Source of the DNA: Bacteroidales bacterium
GTDB taxonomy: Bacteria > Bacteroidota > Bacteroidia > Bacteroidales > VadinHA17
Reading direction: 5' to 3'
Length of the DNA: 64,000 bases
Assembly: GCA_009881065.1 (NCBI GenBank)
Contig: WXFE01000017.1
Coordinates: 6,234-70,233 of the forward strand
Shown here: in pieces, positions 17,413-26,215 of the stretch
Numbering within the stretch: position 1 is the stretch's first letter
Layout of the letters: each line of letters begins with the position of its first letter
Notes under the pieces: generated by a model
Database searches by the model: none
Told to the model about the DNA's origin: nothing
Seen by the model: the letters and a program-made list of their open reading frames with translations, nothing else
Program-made: the position numbers and the translations under genes

Positions 17413-19047
17413 TCAGAATATATCGTAAACCTTCATGAGTGATGCAATCTCATCCTCTTTTCTCTTTTCGCTCCAACCCATCATTCCGGCCGCCAGCGAG
17501 GCAATTTTCTCAATCATCGCTTTGCCGGGATTGCCCAGTGTGCCGATACCGGTCCTCCGCAGCATGATATCACGGAGTGTCCTGGCACTCTCGTATTGTA
17601 TCGCGTAGACCACCTCGGCAAGTATCTCCCCGTCGTGAGTGACCTTCTCGGCAAACCTGGTGTTACTGCGGGCAATGCGGAAGACAACCTGGCTCTCGGT
17701 ACCGTAGTTCCTGCTCACATACTCAACGGTGTTACGGCTGAAATCCTTGTAATTGAGGTGCTGCCTGATCATGAACTGCCTCATGTCACGTATCTCACAA
17801 CCCGACAGGTATAGATTGTCGGAGACCGGATCAGACAGGGTGCGGTTGAGCTTCAGCGAGATCAGCCTCAGCACCTCGCGTGCAAGGCTGCGGCTGGTGG
17901 TGTACTTGCCACCCTCCACCGTGATCATCCCCTCAATGCCGTCAGCAGCATTGTCATAGACCTCATATTTCCTGGAGGTCTCGTAGGAGCCCTTCGTCTG
18001 GTCATCTACCAGCGGACGAAGACCGCCATAGGCATGAATAATATCTTCACGCGCAATCTTCCGGCCGTAATTGGTGTTTACATTTTCAATGATCTCATCA
18101 ATGCTCTCCATCGAAACCTTATAGTCGTCAGGGTCACCAAAAAATTCCTTGTCGGTTGTACCTATCAGCGAGTGTTCGCGCCAGGGCATGATCATCATAT
18201 GACCTCCGTCAGGCTTCTGCAGTGAGACCACATGGTTGCCCGCGATCTTCCTTGTGATGATATGTATCCCTTCCGACCGTTTGACACGGTGTTTAACCTC
18301 TCCTTCGCCGGAGGCAAGGCTCAGTATCTTGTCAGCCCAGGTGCCTCCGCAGTTGACTACCAGGTTGGCATATACCTCCCTGGTCCGGTCGGTGAAAAGG
18401 TCCCTCACCCTGACTCCGGTGATCTTCCTCCCCTCTCCATAAATGAATCCTTCCACAGGCGTGTAGTTGGAGACCGAAGCACCATATTCGGCAGCCGACT
18501 TGATGAAGGCCAGTGTCAGGCGTTCAGGGAAAATACTCTGATAATCAAAGAAGTAAAAGGCATTCCGCAGGTTTTCCTTCAGCAGGTTGGGCTCTACCCT
18601 GATGGTTTTCCTTCGGTTTATAAGGCGGTGGTTCTCCAGTTTCTTGCTCTTGTCCCATGTATCCTTTTTATCGTATGAGAGGAGGTCATAGAGGTACATT
18701 CCTATGAGCATCTTCCAGATATTGCCTCGCCAACGCTTGTACATCGGAAGGAGGAAAGGGAGCGGGTAGACGAAGTTCGGCGCTATGTTGCCGAGAATCC
18801 GTCGTTCGCGGAGCGACTCACGTACCAGCTTCAGCTCGCCGTTGGCGAGATAGCGGAGTCCGCCATGGATGAGTTTCGAGGTGGCTGCCGAGGTGGCGCC
18901 TCCATAGTCCTTTTTCTCGAAGAGAGCAACCGAGAGGCCCCGCGCAGCAGCGATATATGCAACGGCAGCACCAGTGATGCCTCCGCCGATAATAACCAGG
19001 TCGAACTTATTAGGCCCCACTTCTTCAATATACCTTTTAAGCATCAT
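17413..19047 (-). CDS. glpD: FAD-dependent glycerol-3-phosphate dehydrogenase/oxidase
   Basis: N-terminal FDLVIIGGGITGAAVAYIAAARGLSVALFEKKDYGGATSAATSKLIHGGLRYL is the classic GlpD dinucleotide-binding signature. Length 544 aa. Confidence 0.85.
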   Translation of the reverse strand: MMLKRYIEEVGPNKFDLVIIGGGITGAAVAYIAAARGLSVALFEKKDYGGATSAATSKLIHGGLRYLANGELKLVRESLRERRILGNIAPNFVYPLPFLLPMYKRWRGNIWKMLIGMYLYDLLSYDKKDTWDKSKKLENHRLINRRKTIRVEPNLLKENLRNAFYFFDYQSIFPERLTLAFIKSAAEYGASVSNYTPVEGFIYGEGRKITGVRVRDLFTDRTREVYANLVVNCGGTWADKILSLASGEGEVKHRVKRSEGIHIITRKIAGNHVVSLQKPDGGHMMIMPWREHSLIGTTDKEFFGDPDDYKVSMESIDEIIENVNTNYGRKIAREDIIHAYGGLRPLVDDQTKGSYETSRKYEVYDNAADGIEGMITVEGGKYTTSRSLAREVLRLISLKLNRTLSDPVSDNLYLSGCEIRDMRQFMIRQHLNYKDFSRNTVEYVSRNYGTESQVVFRIARSNTRFAEKVTHDGEILAEVVYAIQYESARTLRDIMLRRTGIGTLGNPGKAMIEKIASLAAGMMGWSEKRKEDEIASLMKVYDIF

Positions 19048-19140
19048 TGATCAGTCAGTTTAAACGATGCTGAAAGTTAGTCGAAAAAGCTGAGAATCCT
19101 CATGAGGCAAATCAAATCATTCCCTTATTAAAAGCTCTCC

Positions 19141-19211
19141 CCGATGCGTGACGTCTTGCATCGGAGAAAGAGGCCGGGGATAAGGGAGGAGGGAAACCCA
19201 ACCGTCCTCCC
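19141..19211 (-). terminator. Two GC-rich hairpins downstream of creD (candidate terminators)
   Basis: CCGATGC-N10-GCATCGG at 19141-19164 and GGGAGGA-N14-TCCTCCC at 19184-19211. Both lie between the creD stop (19264) and the glpD start (19047). T-tracts are weak. Confidence 0.3.
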
Positions 19212-19263
19212 TTTGCAGTGAGAATTCGCGGGCGGGTGCCGGAGGCATTGCGCCCTGCATAAA

Positions 19264-20565
19264 CTACGACCTGAAGAGCCTGTACCTGGCAGATATGATC
19301 ATCAGCGCTGCCAGAAGCACGAAGAGGCCAATGTTGCCGGCAAGGAACGCATAATCCTTCATTGCAAGCAGGAAGAAAATGAACACGTAAAGTCCTGTCA
19401 GCAGGCCACTGATGAGCAGGGTCATCCAGCCCTTCTCCAGCAATGACCTGAAAAAGAAGGTTAAAAGACCGATGGTGGCCACCGCGGAGATGAGGTAGGC
19501 AGGATTGAAACCGACATGCTCGCTCAAGGCGGTAAGCAGTGAGAAAAACATGATAAGCGCCAGTGCCACAAGCAGATAATAGAAGATATGTATTCTCCGG
19601 GAAAATCGCAGTTCAATGATTATCAGTACCAGGAAGGTGAGAGCGATGAAAAGGAGACCGTATTTGGCGCTGCGCTCTGCCTTGGTGTAATGGTCTGCCT
19701 CCAGAATCAGGTCAACGCCAAAGGCATCATCAGCCGGGGAATAATGTTTGCCCTTCCACACCTGCGGGAAGCTCCTGTTAAGATGGGTCACAACCCAGCT
19801 GGCCGTGAACCCTTCGTTAGTCACATTCCGTTCCGCAGGAAGGAAATTACCGGTAAATTTGGGTGCGTTCCATTTTGAAGAGAGAGCAACCTTTGTAGTC
19901 TGCCCCACAGGAGAGAAGGCTATGCTGCTGCTTCCGCGGAGATGCAACTCAAGAGTGAACTCCCCTCCTGATTCTGCCAGTTTTGAAGAATCAATGGAAT
20001 AGGGGAAAGAGACACCCCTGTCAAACAGATCACTCTGCCCCGCACCGGGAATGGCGCTGATGACCCTTCCCCCGATTGAAAGCTCAGCCTTGTTACTTAT
20101 CCCTTTATTGTCGGAGACCCCCAATGATATGTAGGCCTTGTCCCACTCCCAGGTGTAATCATTGAGTTGCTCAAATCCTGCAATGGTAAAACTGCCGGAG
20201 ATTTCTATCTCTGATTCATATACAACAGTCTCATAAATCCCCCTGTACCTTATCTCAGGTTCCAGCACACCGTTGACCCTGAGTTCATCGGGAAGGATAT
20301 GCATGGTTGTAGTTATGAAGTTGCCGTCTTTATCTATAACCTGTGTTCCCGGAATATTCAGCACCGGACCGGTTACCGTCTGGGCCGACGCCCAGGTCTG
20401 GCCAATCTCGGTACGGGCAGTCTCGGCATTCGCCGAACGCTCCCTTATCACATCCTTTATCAACGCAAGCGGAATGAGCAAAAACAGACCCATTATTCCG
20501 ATCAGTACCATTTTGAAGGTCATCGACTCATACCATTTTTCCTGTTTTAAGTTTTCTGTTTCCAT
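19264..20565 (-). CDS. creD: Cell envelope integrity protein CreD
   Basis: 433 aa with an N-terminal TM helix, a large periplasmic domain and a C-terminal cluster of about 5 TM helices. The N-terminus (KMVLIGIMGLFLLIPLALIKDVIRERS) is typical of CreD. Confidence 0.8.
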   Translation of the reverse strand: METENLKQEKWYESMTFKMVLIGIMGLFLLIPLALIKDVIRERSANAETARTEIGQTWASAQTVTGPVLNIPGTQVIDKDGNFITTTMHILPDELRVNGVLEPEIRYRGIYETVVYESEIEISGSFTIAGFEQLNDYTWEWDKAYISLGVSDNKGISNKAELSIGGRVISAIPGAGQSDLFDRGVSFPYSIDSSKLAESGGEFTLELHLRGSSSIAFSPVGQTTKVALSSKWNAPKFTGNFLPAERNVTNEGFTASWVVTHLNRSFPQVWKGKHYSPADDAFGVDLILEADHYTKAERSAKYGLLFIALTFLVLIIIELRFSRRIHIFYYLLVALALIMFFSLLTALSEHVGFNPAYLISAVATIGLLTFFFRSLLEKGWMTLLISGLLTGLYVFIFFLLAMKDYAFLAGNIGLFVLLAALMIISARYRLFRS

Positions 20566-20585
20566 TTTTATTGAGCTGATTAAAG

Positions 20586-20604
20586 TACTTTGTATTTCAA
20601 AGTA
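20586..20604. promoter_or_regulatory. Palindromic operator candidate TACTTTG-N5-CAAAGTA upstream of creD
   Basis: Perfect 7-bp arms with spacer TATTT, 20 nt upstream of the creD start. The arms are identical to those of the site at 21564-21582. Confidence 0.6.
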
Positions 20605-20619
20605 TAGGTATAAAAAAAT

Positions 20620-20916
20620 TTATTGGTTTCTGATAAGTTCCTCGAGCGCCTTCAGATGGCTGCTGAAGCTCTCCATCCCCTCATCTGTGATTGAGTAACG
20701 GGTGTTGGGCCTGCGGTTTATGAAGCTCTTCTTCATCCTGATATAACCGGCCTCCTCCAGAGCCCGCAAATGACTGGCCAGGTTGCCGTCAGTGACTGCA
20801 AGTGTCTCCTTCAGGCCAGTGAAGTCCATGCCGGGATTCACCGCCAGCAGTGACATGATACCCAGCCTGACGCGGCTCTCAAAGACCTTGTTGAAGTTTG
20901 CAAGTATCTGTTTCAT
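20620..20916 (-). CDS. Small winged-helix transcriptional regulator
   Basis: I prefer ATG 20916 (MKQILANFNKVFESRVRLGIMSLL...), which overlaps the upstream stop as ATGA. The wHTH pattern is FTGLKETLAVTDGNLASHLRALEEAGYIRMKK...RRPNTRYSITDEG. Confidence 0.75.
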   Translation of the reverse strand: MKQILANFNKVFESRVRLGIMSLLAVNPGMDFTGLKETLAVTDGNLASHLRALEEAGYIRMKKSFINRRPNTRYSITDEGMESFSSHLKALEELIRNQ

Positions 20917-21551
20917 CCCCTGTACCTGAGATGCATGAATAGTCCGTAGACAATGTGCAGGAGTCCAAATCCCAGAACCCATATCAACACGCTGTACTGC
21001 GGCAGTGCGAGGCAGAAGAGACCTGCAGTCACCTCAAGCACTCCCAGCCAGTGTATCTCGCCGAAAGTGAATTTCCCGGCACTGATAAGGGCAAGTCCAT
21101 AGAAGATCAGGGTTGACGCTACTATGACACCGGCAGGAACAGTTGCGGCTGTCAGAAGAATGAACAATCCGCCTGTGCCCAGTGGGATAAGAAGGCTCAC
21201 CAGCATCCTCCTGGTGACGGGTGTCCATGCTTTGATGCCATTTTTCCGGGCTTTCCGGGTTGAAAGGAATGCTGCAACGGAAAACGCCAGTATCAGAATC
21301 ACAGCCATCATCACAAACAGGGGAAGGAACTCACGGATTCCGTCCGGACCCTCTGCAAATGGCCGTGCATACCAGTCAACAGGAGCGCAAATCCTGGTGA
21401 TGATGAGCTGTGCCCCCAATGCTCCGGCAATGCCAAGAACTCCTGTAATAATACCGGACAAGCCGCTGAGCGAAAGAAACCTGGAGGAAGACTCCATTAG
21501 CCTCCTGATGGCCTGGATATCTTCAAGATGCTGATCTGTCTGATTTGTCAT
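20913..21551 (-). CDS. Multi-TM membrane protein of unknown function (first gene of the wHTH module)
   Basis: 212 aa with about 5-6 predicted TM helices. It is translationally coupled to the wHTH gene. Confidence 0.65.
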   Translation of the reverse strand: MTNQTDQHLEDIQAIRRLMESSSRFLSLSGLSGIITGVLGIAGALGAQLIITRICAPVDWYARPFAEGPDGIREFLPLFVMMAVILILAFSVAAFLSTRKARKNGIKAWTPVTRRMLVSLLIPLGTGGLFILLTAATVPAGVIVASTLIFYGLALISAGKFTFGEIHWLGVLEVTAGLFCLALPQYSVLIWVLGFGLLHIVYGLFMHLRYRG

Positions 21552-21563
21552 TGTATTTCGTAG

Positions 21564-21582
21564 TACTTTGCACTACAAAGTA
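21564..21582. promoter_or_regulatory. Palindromic operator candidate TACTTTG-N5-CAAAGTA upstream of the membrane-protein/wHTH operon
   Basis: Perfect 7-bp arms with spacer CACTA, 12 nt upstream of start codon 21551. Confidence 0.6.
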
Positions 21583-21634
21583 AAATAATGCTTTTTATTC
21601 CTGCAAGAAAAAGTGAGATTTTTTTGGGGGAAAG

Positions 21635-22780
21635 TCAATAAAGCTGCATCTCATACTGCACCCCCTCAACCGGGTACTCTCCTATTATCAGGGAATCCTG
21701 TGAAAATGAAAGTGCTCCTACAATCCCCAGTCCGTTGGTAATGTTGGAATAGACCGGCACGGGTTCAGCAAACGGATTGTCCGCTGTCCGGTTATAAGCC
21801 GAATATGACTGAAGGTACAGATAAAGGTCCCTGGTTATTGAGTTCAACCTGAAGAATGCGCGGAGGAACTCGTAATGCTCAGTACTGAAATGAAATCCGT
21901 TGTACTCAAGATTGAGAGTGTACTCTTTGCCGGGGATAAGATCATCAGTGAAGATATAATACTCATTCTGAGGGTAAATATCCAGGAGGTCATCCTCCTT
22001 CGTTGGTGAAATGATCGGATCGCCGAGGGCACCGTAGCTGAGGTCATTGATGCGGACATAAACCTTTTGTTCAGGATCATAAGGCTGGCCGTGGTCACCA
22101 TAGTAGTTCCCCCTTGTTGACGGTGCAGTTAACCTGTAGTAGTTTTTCCCGTCAGCCGGATCGCGGAAGCGCAGTTTCACGGTCAGCCGCCTGTTGCCGT
22201 AACCGATATCACTGTATGTGGTGTCAGCCAACTCAACAGCCACCGGGGCTGGCAGCTCTGTCTCTCCGTAAGCCGCCGGGTATCCCGGAATCATAACTTC
22301 AATACGGTAGACATGCCCGTATTCCGGTTTATTTGTTTCAGAGGTGTACTTCGAGTAGGGACTCACAGGAGCGTTCTCATCAGCCGGGTCGGAACCCTGG
22401 TATGCAAGGGTTTCCAAAAGCTTACCGTCACGGTAAACCCGTACTGTAGCATCCCTGATCTGCCTTGGCTTCCATGGTATCTGGAAGACAGAATGGCTCT
22501 CCGATATCGTTACCGAAATAAACCTGTCCGGTTCAAGAAGGGCATAGATGACTGCCTTTGGCTCGGTCTCAGGGCCCTTATAGTCAATCACCGTTTCGCA
22601 ACCGGCAAGCATCAGCACTACAAGCATAAGGGCAACCAGAGCGACTATTCCACCCGTGCTCTTCGCGGCACCAGGGGTGACTGGTTTCCTTGTGGTCTTC
22701 ACGGCAGCCAGAAGAACTGGTTCCCCCGGAATCTTCATGGCTGTCAGGGTAACTCTTTTCCTTATATTCTTCATGGCCAT
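21635..22780 (-). CDS. DUF4249-family lipoprotein (partner of the upstream TonB-dependent receptor) with a repeat-extended N-terminus
   Basis: Lipobox LMLAGC about 60 aa into the ORF and a C-terminal ...NITNGLGIVGALS motif typical of DUF4249. The first ATG (22780) overlaps the receptor stop (TGATG). The true start is uncertain because of the 36-bp repeats. Confidence 0.7.
   Translation of the reverse strand: MAMKNIRKRVTLTAMKIPGEPVLLAAVKTTRKPVTPGAAKSTGGIVALVALMLVVLMLAGCETVIDYKGPETEPKAVIYALLEPDRFISVTISESHSVFQIPWKPRQIRDATVRVYRDGKLLETLAYQGSDPADENAPVSPYSKYTSETNKPEYGHVYRIEVMIPGYPAAYGETELPAPVAVELADTTYSDIGYGNRRLTVKLRFRDPADGKNYYRLTAPSTRGNYYGDHGQPYDPEQKVYVRINDLSYGALGDPIISPTKEDDLLDIYPQNEYYIFTDDLIPGKEYTLNLEYNGFHFSTEHYEFLRAFFRLNSITRDLYLYLQSYSAYNRTADNPFAEPVPVYSNITNGLGIVGALSFSQDSLIIGEYPVEGVQYEMQLY
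22631..22780. repeat. In-frame 36-bp tandem repeat x4 (+6 bp) covering the 5' end of the DUF4249 gene
   Basis: Units at 22631-22666, 22667-22702, 22703-22738 and 22739-22774, all of the form GGCA.CCAG...ACTGGTT.CC......TCTTCAy. The translated 12-aa units are MAMKNIRKRVTLT / AMKIPGEPVLLA / AVKTTRKPVTPG / AAKSTGGIVALV. Confidence 0.85.
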
Positions 22781-25239
22781 CAGAACTTGAATGAATATGA
22801 TACGGACGGTATTATCGGAAAGACAGTCACCTTTCTCAGTTCAGGCTTGGTGTAATAGATCTTTTCTCCCGGATTATCCGGATCGGGTTCTTCCACCCAT
22901 TCTTCGCCCCAGTAGACAAAGAACGGGTTGAGCCGGTTATAGGCATTGTATACCGAGAAGCTCCATGTGCTAATTCCGTTTTTCCTCTGTCTGTGAAGGT
23001 TTACCCCCAGATCGAGTCTGTGGTAAGATGGTAAACGATAGTTGTTGCGCCCGGGAAAATCAGTAATCATAGTATACCGTGAATCATGTACAAAGAGATT
23101 ATCACCAGGATACTGTGAAGCTCCCAGCGTGGCAGCGTTCCCTGTTCCGTATACCCATACCAGTCCGGCATCAACCTTGTCATTGAACTTATATGTCAGC
23201 GCGAGGCTCACGTCATGCCTTCGGTCATACTTCGCCGGGAAAGTGTTCCCATAGTTCAGATTCTCGAATTTGCGCCGGGTCCATGAAAGAGTATATCCTA
23301 TCCATCCCGTCAGCTTTCCGTAGTTCTTTTCAATCATTATCTCTGATCCGTAGGCCCATCCCCTGCCCTTCTCCACCTTCGACTCCCATCCTTCACCCGT
23401 ACCTCCGAAGGAGGCTCCCTCCTTGTACTCAATAAGGTTATCCATGGTCTTGTAGAATGCTTCCACCGATACCTCAAGGTCTCCGGGTATCAGGAATCCT
23501 GATCCCAGTGCCACCTGATGCGAGACAGGTGGCTCATACCGCTTTGTAACCGGCAGCCAGAGGTCCGTCGGAAGGCTTACGGCAGAAGTGGTAAGCAGGT
23601 GTACGAACTGCCCCATCTTACTATATGACAGCTTGAACGACAGGTCATTGGTGGCTATGTACCGGAGCGAGAGCCGCGGCTGAAAGACGAAATAGCTTGT
23701 GTCCTGAACGTTGAAGAGTGACAGGCGAACGCCGGCATTCATCTTCAGCTTCGGGGTGAGGTCGATGTTGTCCTCGGCATACATAATGAACTCACCGGCT
23801 CTCACCTTCATGTCTCCCACAACGGTATCAAGCCCGGTTTCGCCAATTATGCCCGAATTAAACCTGTAAGTGGTGATGCCGGGCTTGAAGTGATGGTATG
23901 TGTAACCGGCGCCAAACTTCACGGAATGGTTTGGCGACAGGTAGTAGTCGAAGTCTGTCTTTGCACCAACATCCTCAATCCCGGAGAAATACTTGAAGTA
24001 ATCCACTCCCTTTGCTTTTGAATTGAGATCCTCAACAGACGATTCAATTGTCACATCGAAATCATATTTGCTGAAGGTAAGGGTAGTATTACTGAACAAC
24101 TTATTGGTAATCAGATAATTCCATCTGAGGGCAGTGATGAAGTTACCCCAACCCAGTCCGAAATCATCTTTGTATTCAAACCTTTTTTCTCCGTCCTCAC
24201 TCTGGTAACTTGACCTGGAGGTGTGTCTCATGTATGCCCTGTCTCGTCCAAGGTACGAGCTCAGATAGAGTCTGCTCTTCTCCGAAAACTTGTGGTTGAT
24301 CTTGGCATTGAGATCGTAGAAATAATAACCTGCGTTTGTCTTGTCATTCTGATTCTCGTTGAATTTCATGATAAACGGCCTGGTAAGGATATCATAATAT
24401 GTACGTCGACCGGAGATGACAAATGAAGTCTTGTCTTTTATTATCGGCCCCTCAAGTGACAGTTTGGATGATATCAGCCCTACGGAGACATTTCCATGGA
24501 ACTCCTTCTCGTTGCCCTCTTTCATGCGTATGTCAACCACTGATGACAGGCGTTCACCGAACCGGGCCGGGAATCCGCCTTTGTAAAGCTGGACTGATTT
24601 GACGGCATCGGGATTGAATACCGACATGAATCCGAAGAGGTGGTTGGCATTGTAGACAGGTACTCCATCGAGGAGAAAAAGGTTCTGGTCAGGGCCGCCT
24701 CCACGTACATAGATGCCGGTGGATCCTTCGGTGCCCGACTGCACACCCGGGAGCAGTTGTATCACTTTCAGCACATCGGCTTCGCCGAAGATCACCGGCA
24801 ACTTGAGAAATTTCTCCACCGGGATGTCTATCATGCTCATCTGGGTGCTTTCGATCTTCGCCCTCCGGCCGGAGGCCGTAACTGTAACGGCAGCTATCTC
24901 GCTTGATAACATAACCAGGCTGAAGTTGATAACCGTGTCACGGGATAGTTGTACGACAAGGGTGTCAGGCCTGTAGCCCAGGTATGATACGATCAGTTCA
25001 GCCTTCCCGGCAGGCAGTGGCAGGCTGTAGAATCCATAGTTGTTAGTGGTGGTACCGGCGAATGAGGCTCTTTCATAAACGGTGGCGTCGATCATTCGTT
25101 CGCCGCTGCCAGCATCGGTGACGAAGCCGCTGACGGTGATCCTTGCAGTTGCGGCAGATGAGCCGGTTATACTCCGCTGCGCCTCAAGAGACAAGCTCAG
25201 GGCGAGTGCTGTAAAAACGAGGAAGAGCAGTATGCGCAT
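22780..25239 (-). CDS. TonB-dependent receptor with N-terminal carboxypeptidase-regulatory-like domain
   Basis: 819 aa with a signal peptide, a CarboxypepD_reg-like segment (ITVSGFVTDAGSGERMIDATVYE), a plug domain, and a beta-barrel ending in ...SYSFKF. Confidence 0.9.
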   Translation of the reverse strand: MRILLFLVFTALALSLSLEAQRSITGSSAATARITVSGFVTDAGSGERMIDATVYERASFAGTTTNNYGFYSLPLPAGKAELIVSYLGYRPDTLVVQLSRDTVINFSLVMLSSEIAAVTVTASGRRAKIESTQMSMIDIPVEKFLKLPVIFGEADVLKVIQLLPGVQSGTEGSTGIYVRGGGPDQNLFLLDGVPVYNANHLFGFMSVFNPDAVKSVQLYKGGFPARFGERLSSVVDIRMKEGNEKEFHGNVSVGLISSKLSLEGPIIKDKTSFVISGRRTYYDILTRPFIMKFNENQNDKTNAGYYFYDLNAKINHKFSEKSRLYLSSYLGRDRAYMRHTSRSSYQSEDGEKRFEYKDDFGLGWGNFITALRWNYLITNKLFSNTTLTFSKYDFDVTIESSVEDLNSKAKGVDYFKYFSGIEDVGAKTDFDYYLSPNHSVKFGAGYTYHHFKPGITTYRFNSGIIGETGLDTVVGDMKVRAGEFIMYAEDNIDLTPKLKMNAGVRLSLFNVQDTSYFVFQPRLSLRYIATNDLSFKLSYSKMGQFVHLLTTSAVSLPTDLWLPVTKRYEPPVSHQVALGSGFLIPGDLEVSVEAFYKTMDNLIEYKEGASFGGTGEGWESKVEKGRGWAYGSEIMIEKNYGKLTGWIGYTLSWTRRKFENLNYGNTFPAKYDRRHDVSLALTYKFNDKVDAGLVWVYGTGNAATLGASQYPGDNLFVHDSRYTMITDFPGRNNYRLPSYHRLDLGVNLHRQRKNGISTWSFSVYNAYNRLNPFFVYWGEEWVEEPDPDNPGEKIYYTKPELRKVTVFPIIPSVSYSFKF

Positions 25240-25244
25240 ACATT

Positions 25245-25655
25245 TCAGAAGCCGGTTGTCTCTTTCAGGAATTTCCGGACGGCCTGTTTCTCCTCGAACT
25301 CAAGCAACCTCGTCGGGAGCCGGATGATACGACCTGTTTTCATCACGATACGGACAAAGTTTTCGTCGGTCATAATCTCATCGATCTCATGTATCGGCAG
25401 GATTATCCTCATGGGTTTAGTGTACCATTTTATTGTCAGCACACCTTTTTCGACTGTCAGCCTGTTAACGAGTGTTCCGAAGTTCAGGCTGAGGAATGCC
25501 AGCCCCAGCAGGAGCAGGGCTAAAATCTGGATCCAGAATGACCACTCATTTTTATCACCGGTAATGATTATTATGATAACCATGATCAGGCAGACGATCC
25601 CCAGCGAGCGGTATATCCGTGCATAGAGTGAGTTCCTGAGTACAAGCTGTTTCAT
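25245..25655 (-). CDS. 2-TM membrane protein with C-terminal PH-like (bPH-type) domain, paralog A
   Basis: 136 aa with two hydrophobic helices, a beta-rich segment and a conserved C-terminal helix AVRKFLKETTGF. Its stop is 5 nt from the receptor start. Confidence 0.6.
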   Translation of the reverse strand: MKQLVLRNSLYARIYRSLGIVCLIMVIIIIITGDKNEWSFWIQILALLLLGLAFLSLNFGTLVNRLTVEKGVLTIKWYTKPMRIILPIHEIDEIMTDENFVRIVMKTGRIIRLPTRLLEFEEKQAVRKFLKETTGF

Positions 25656-25804
25656 GACAGTAAGGTTTATTATTGTAAAGATAGGAAATCCTATGGACTG
25701 GATGATGGAGTATTATGATTTTCCTGAAGTCAAAGAAATCATCCGGTGGCAGGGTGAGTTGCCGGCCGGCAGGGTGCGGTTCAGAGTAAACAATGCAGCG
25801 GATT

Positions 25805-26215
25805 CTACAGTCCCGTGTTCTCCTTCAGGAATTTGCGTGCTGCCCGGCGTTTGTCGGCATCCATGTGTTTCACGTGAAGGCGGATGTTACTGCCGTCTTT
25901 CATGGTTATCCGGATGTATCTCTCATCCTCCGTGATCTCAGCGATCTGGTCAATGGGGAGACGTTTTTTAAAGATTTTTGTATTCCATCTGATTGTCAGT
26001 ATTCCACGGTCAGCGGTGATCTGGTTGATGATGGTGCCGAAGTTCAGGGTCAGAAAGAAGATGGCAACCAGGATAAAAACCACAGCCAGCATCCAGAAGA
26101 TGGCTGTTTTGGGACTTTGAATGAAGAGTTGTAACCCGACACTGAGCAGTGTCAGTACTCCCAGAAACCGGAAGAGATATTCCTGAACCTTGTCTCTAAG
26201 CACCAGTTGATTCAT
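25805..26215 (-). CDS. 2-TM membrane protein with C-terminal PH-like domain, paralog B
   Basis: 136 aa. It aligns without gaps to paralog A at about 55/136 identical residues by hand. Shared blocks include M.QLVLR, LNFGT, G.LTI.W.TK, LPI..I.EI..DE, IRL and ARKFLKE.TG. Confidence 0.6.
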   Translation of the reverse strand: MNQLVLRDKVQEYLFRFLGVLTLLSVGLQLFIQSPKTAIFWMLAVVFILVAIFFLTLNFGTIINQITADRGILTIRWNTKIFKKRLPIDQIAEITEDERYIRITMKDGSNIRLHVKHMDADKRRAARKFLKENTGL

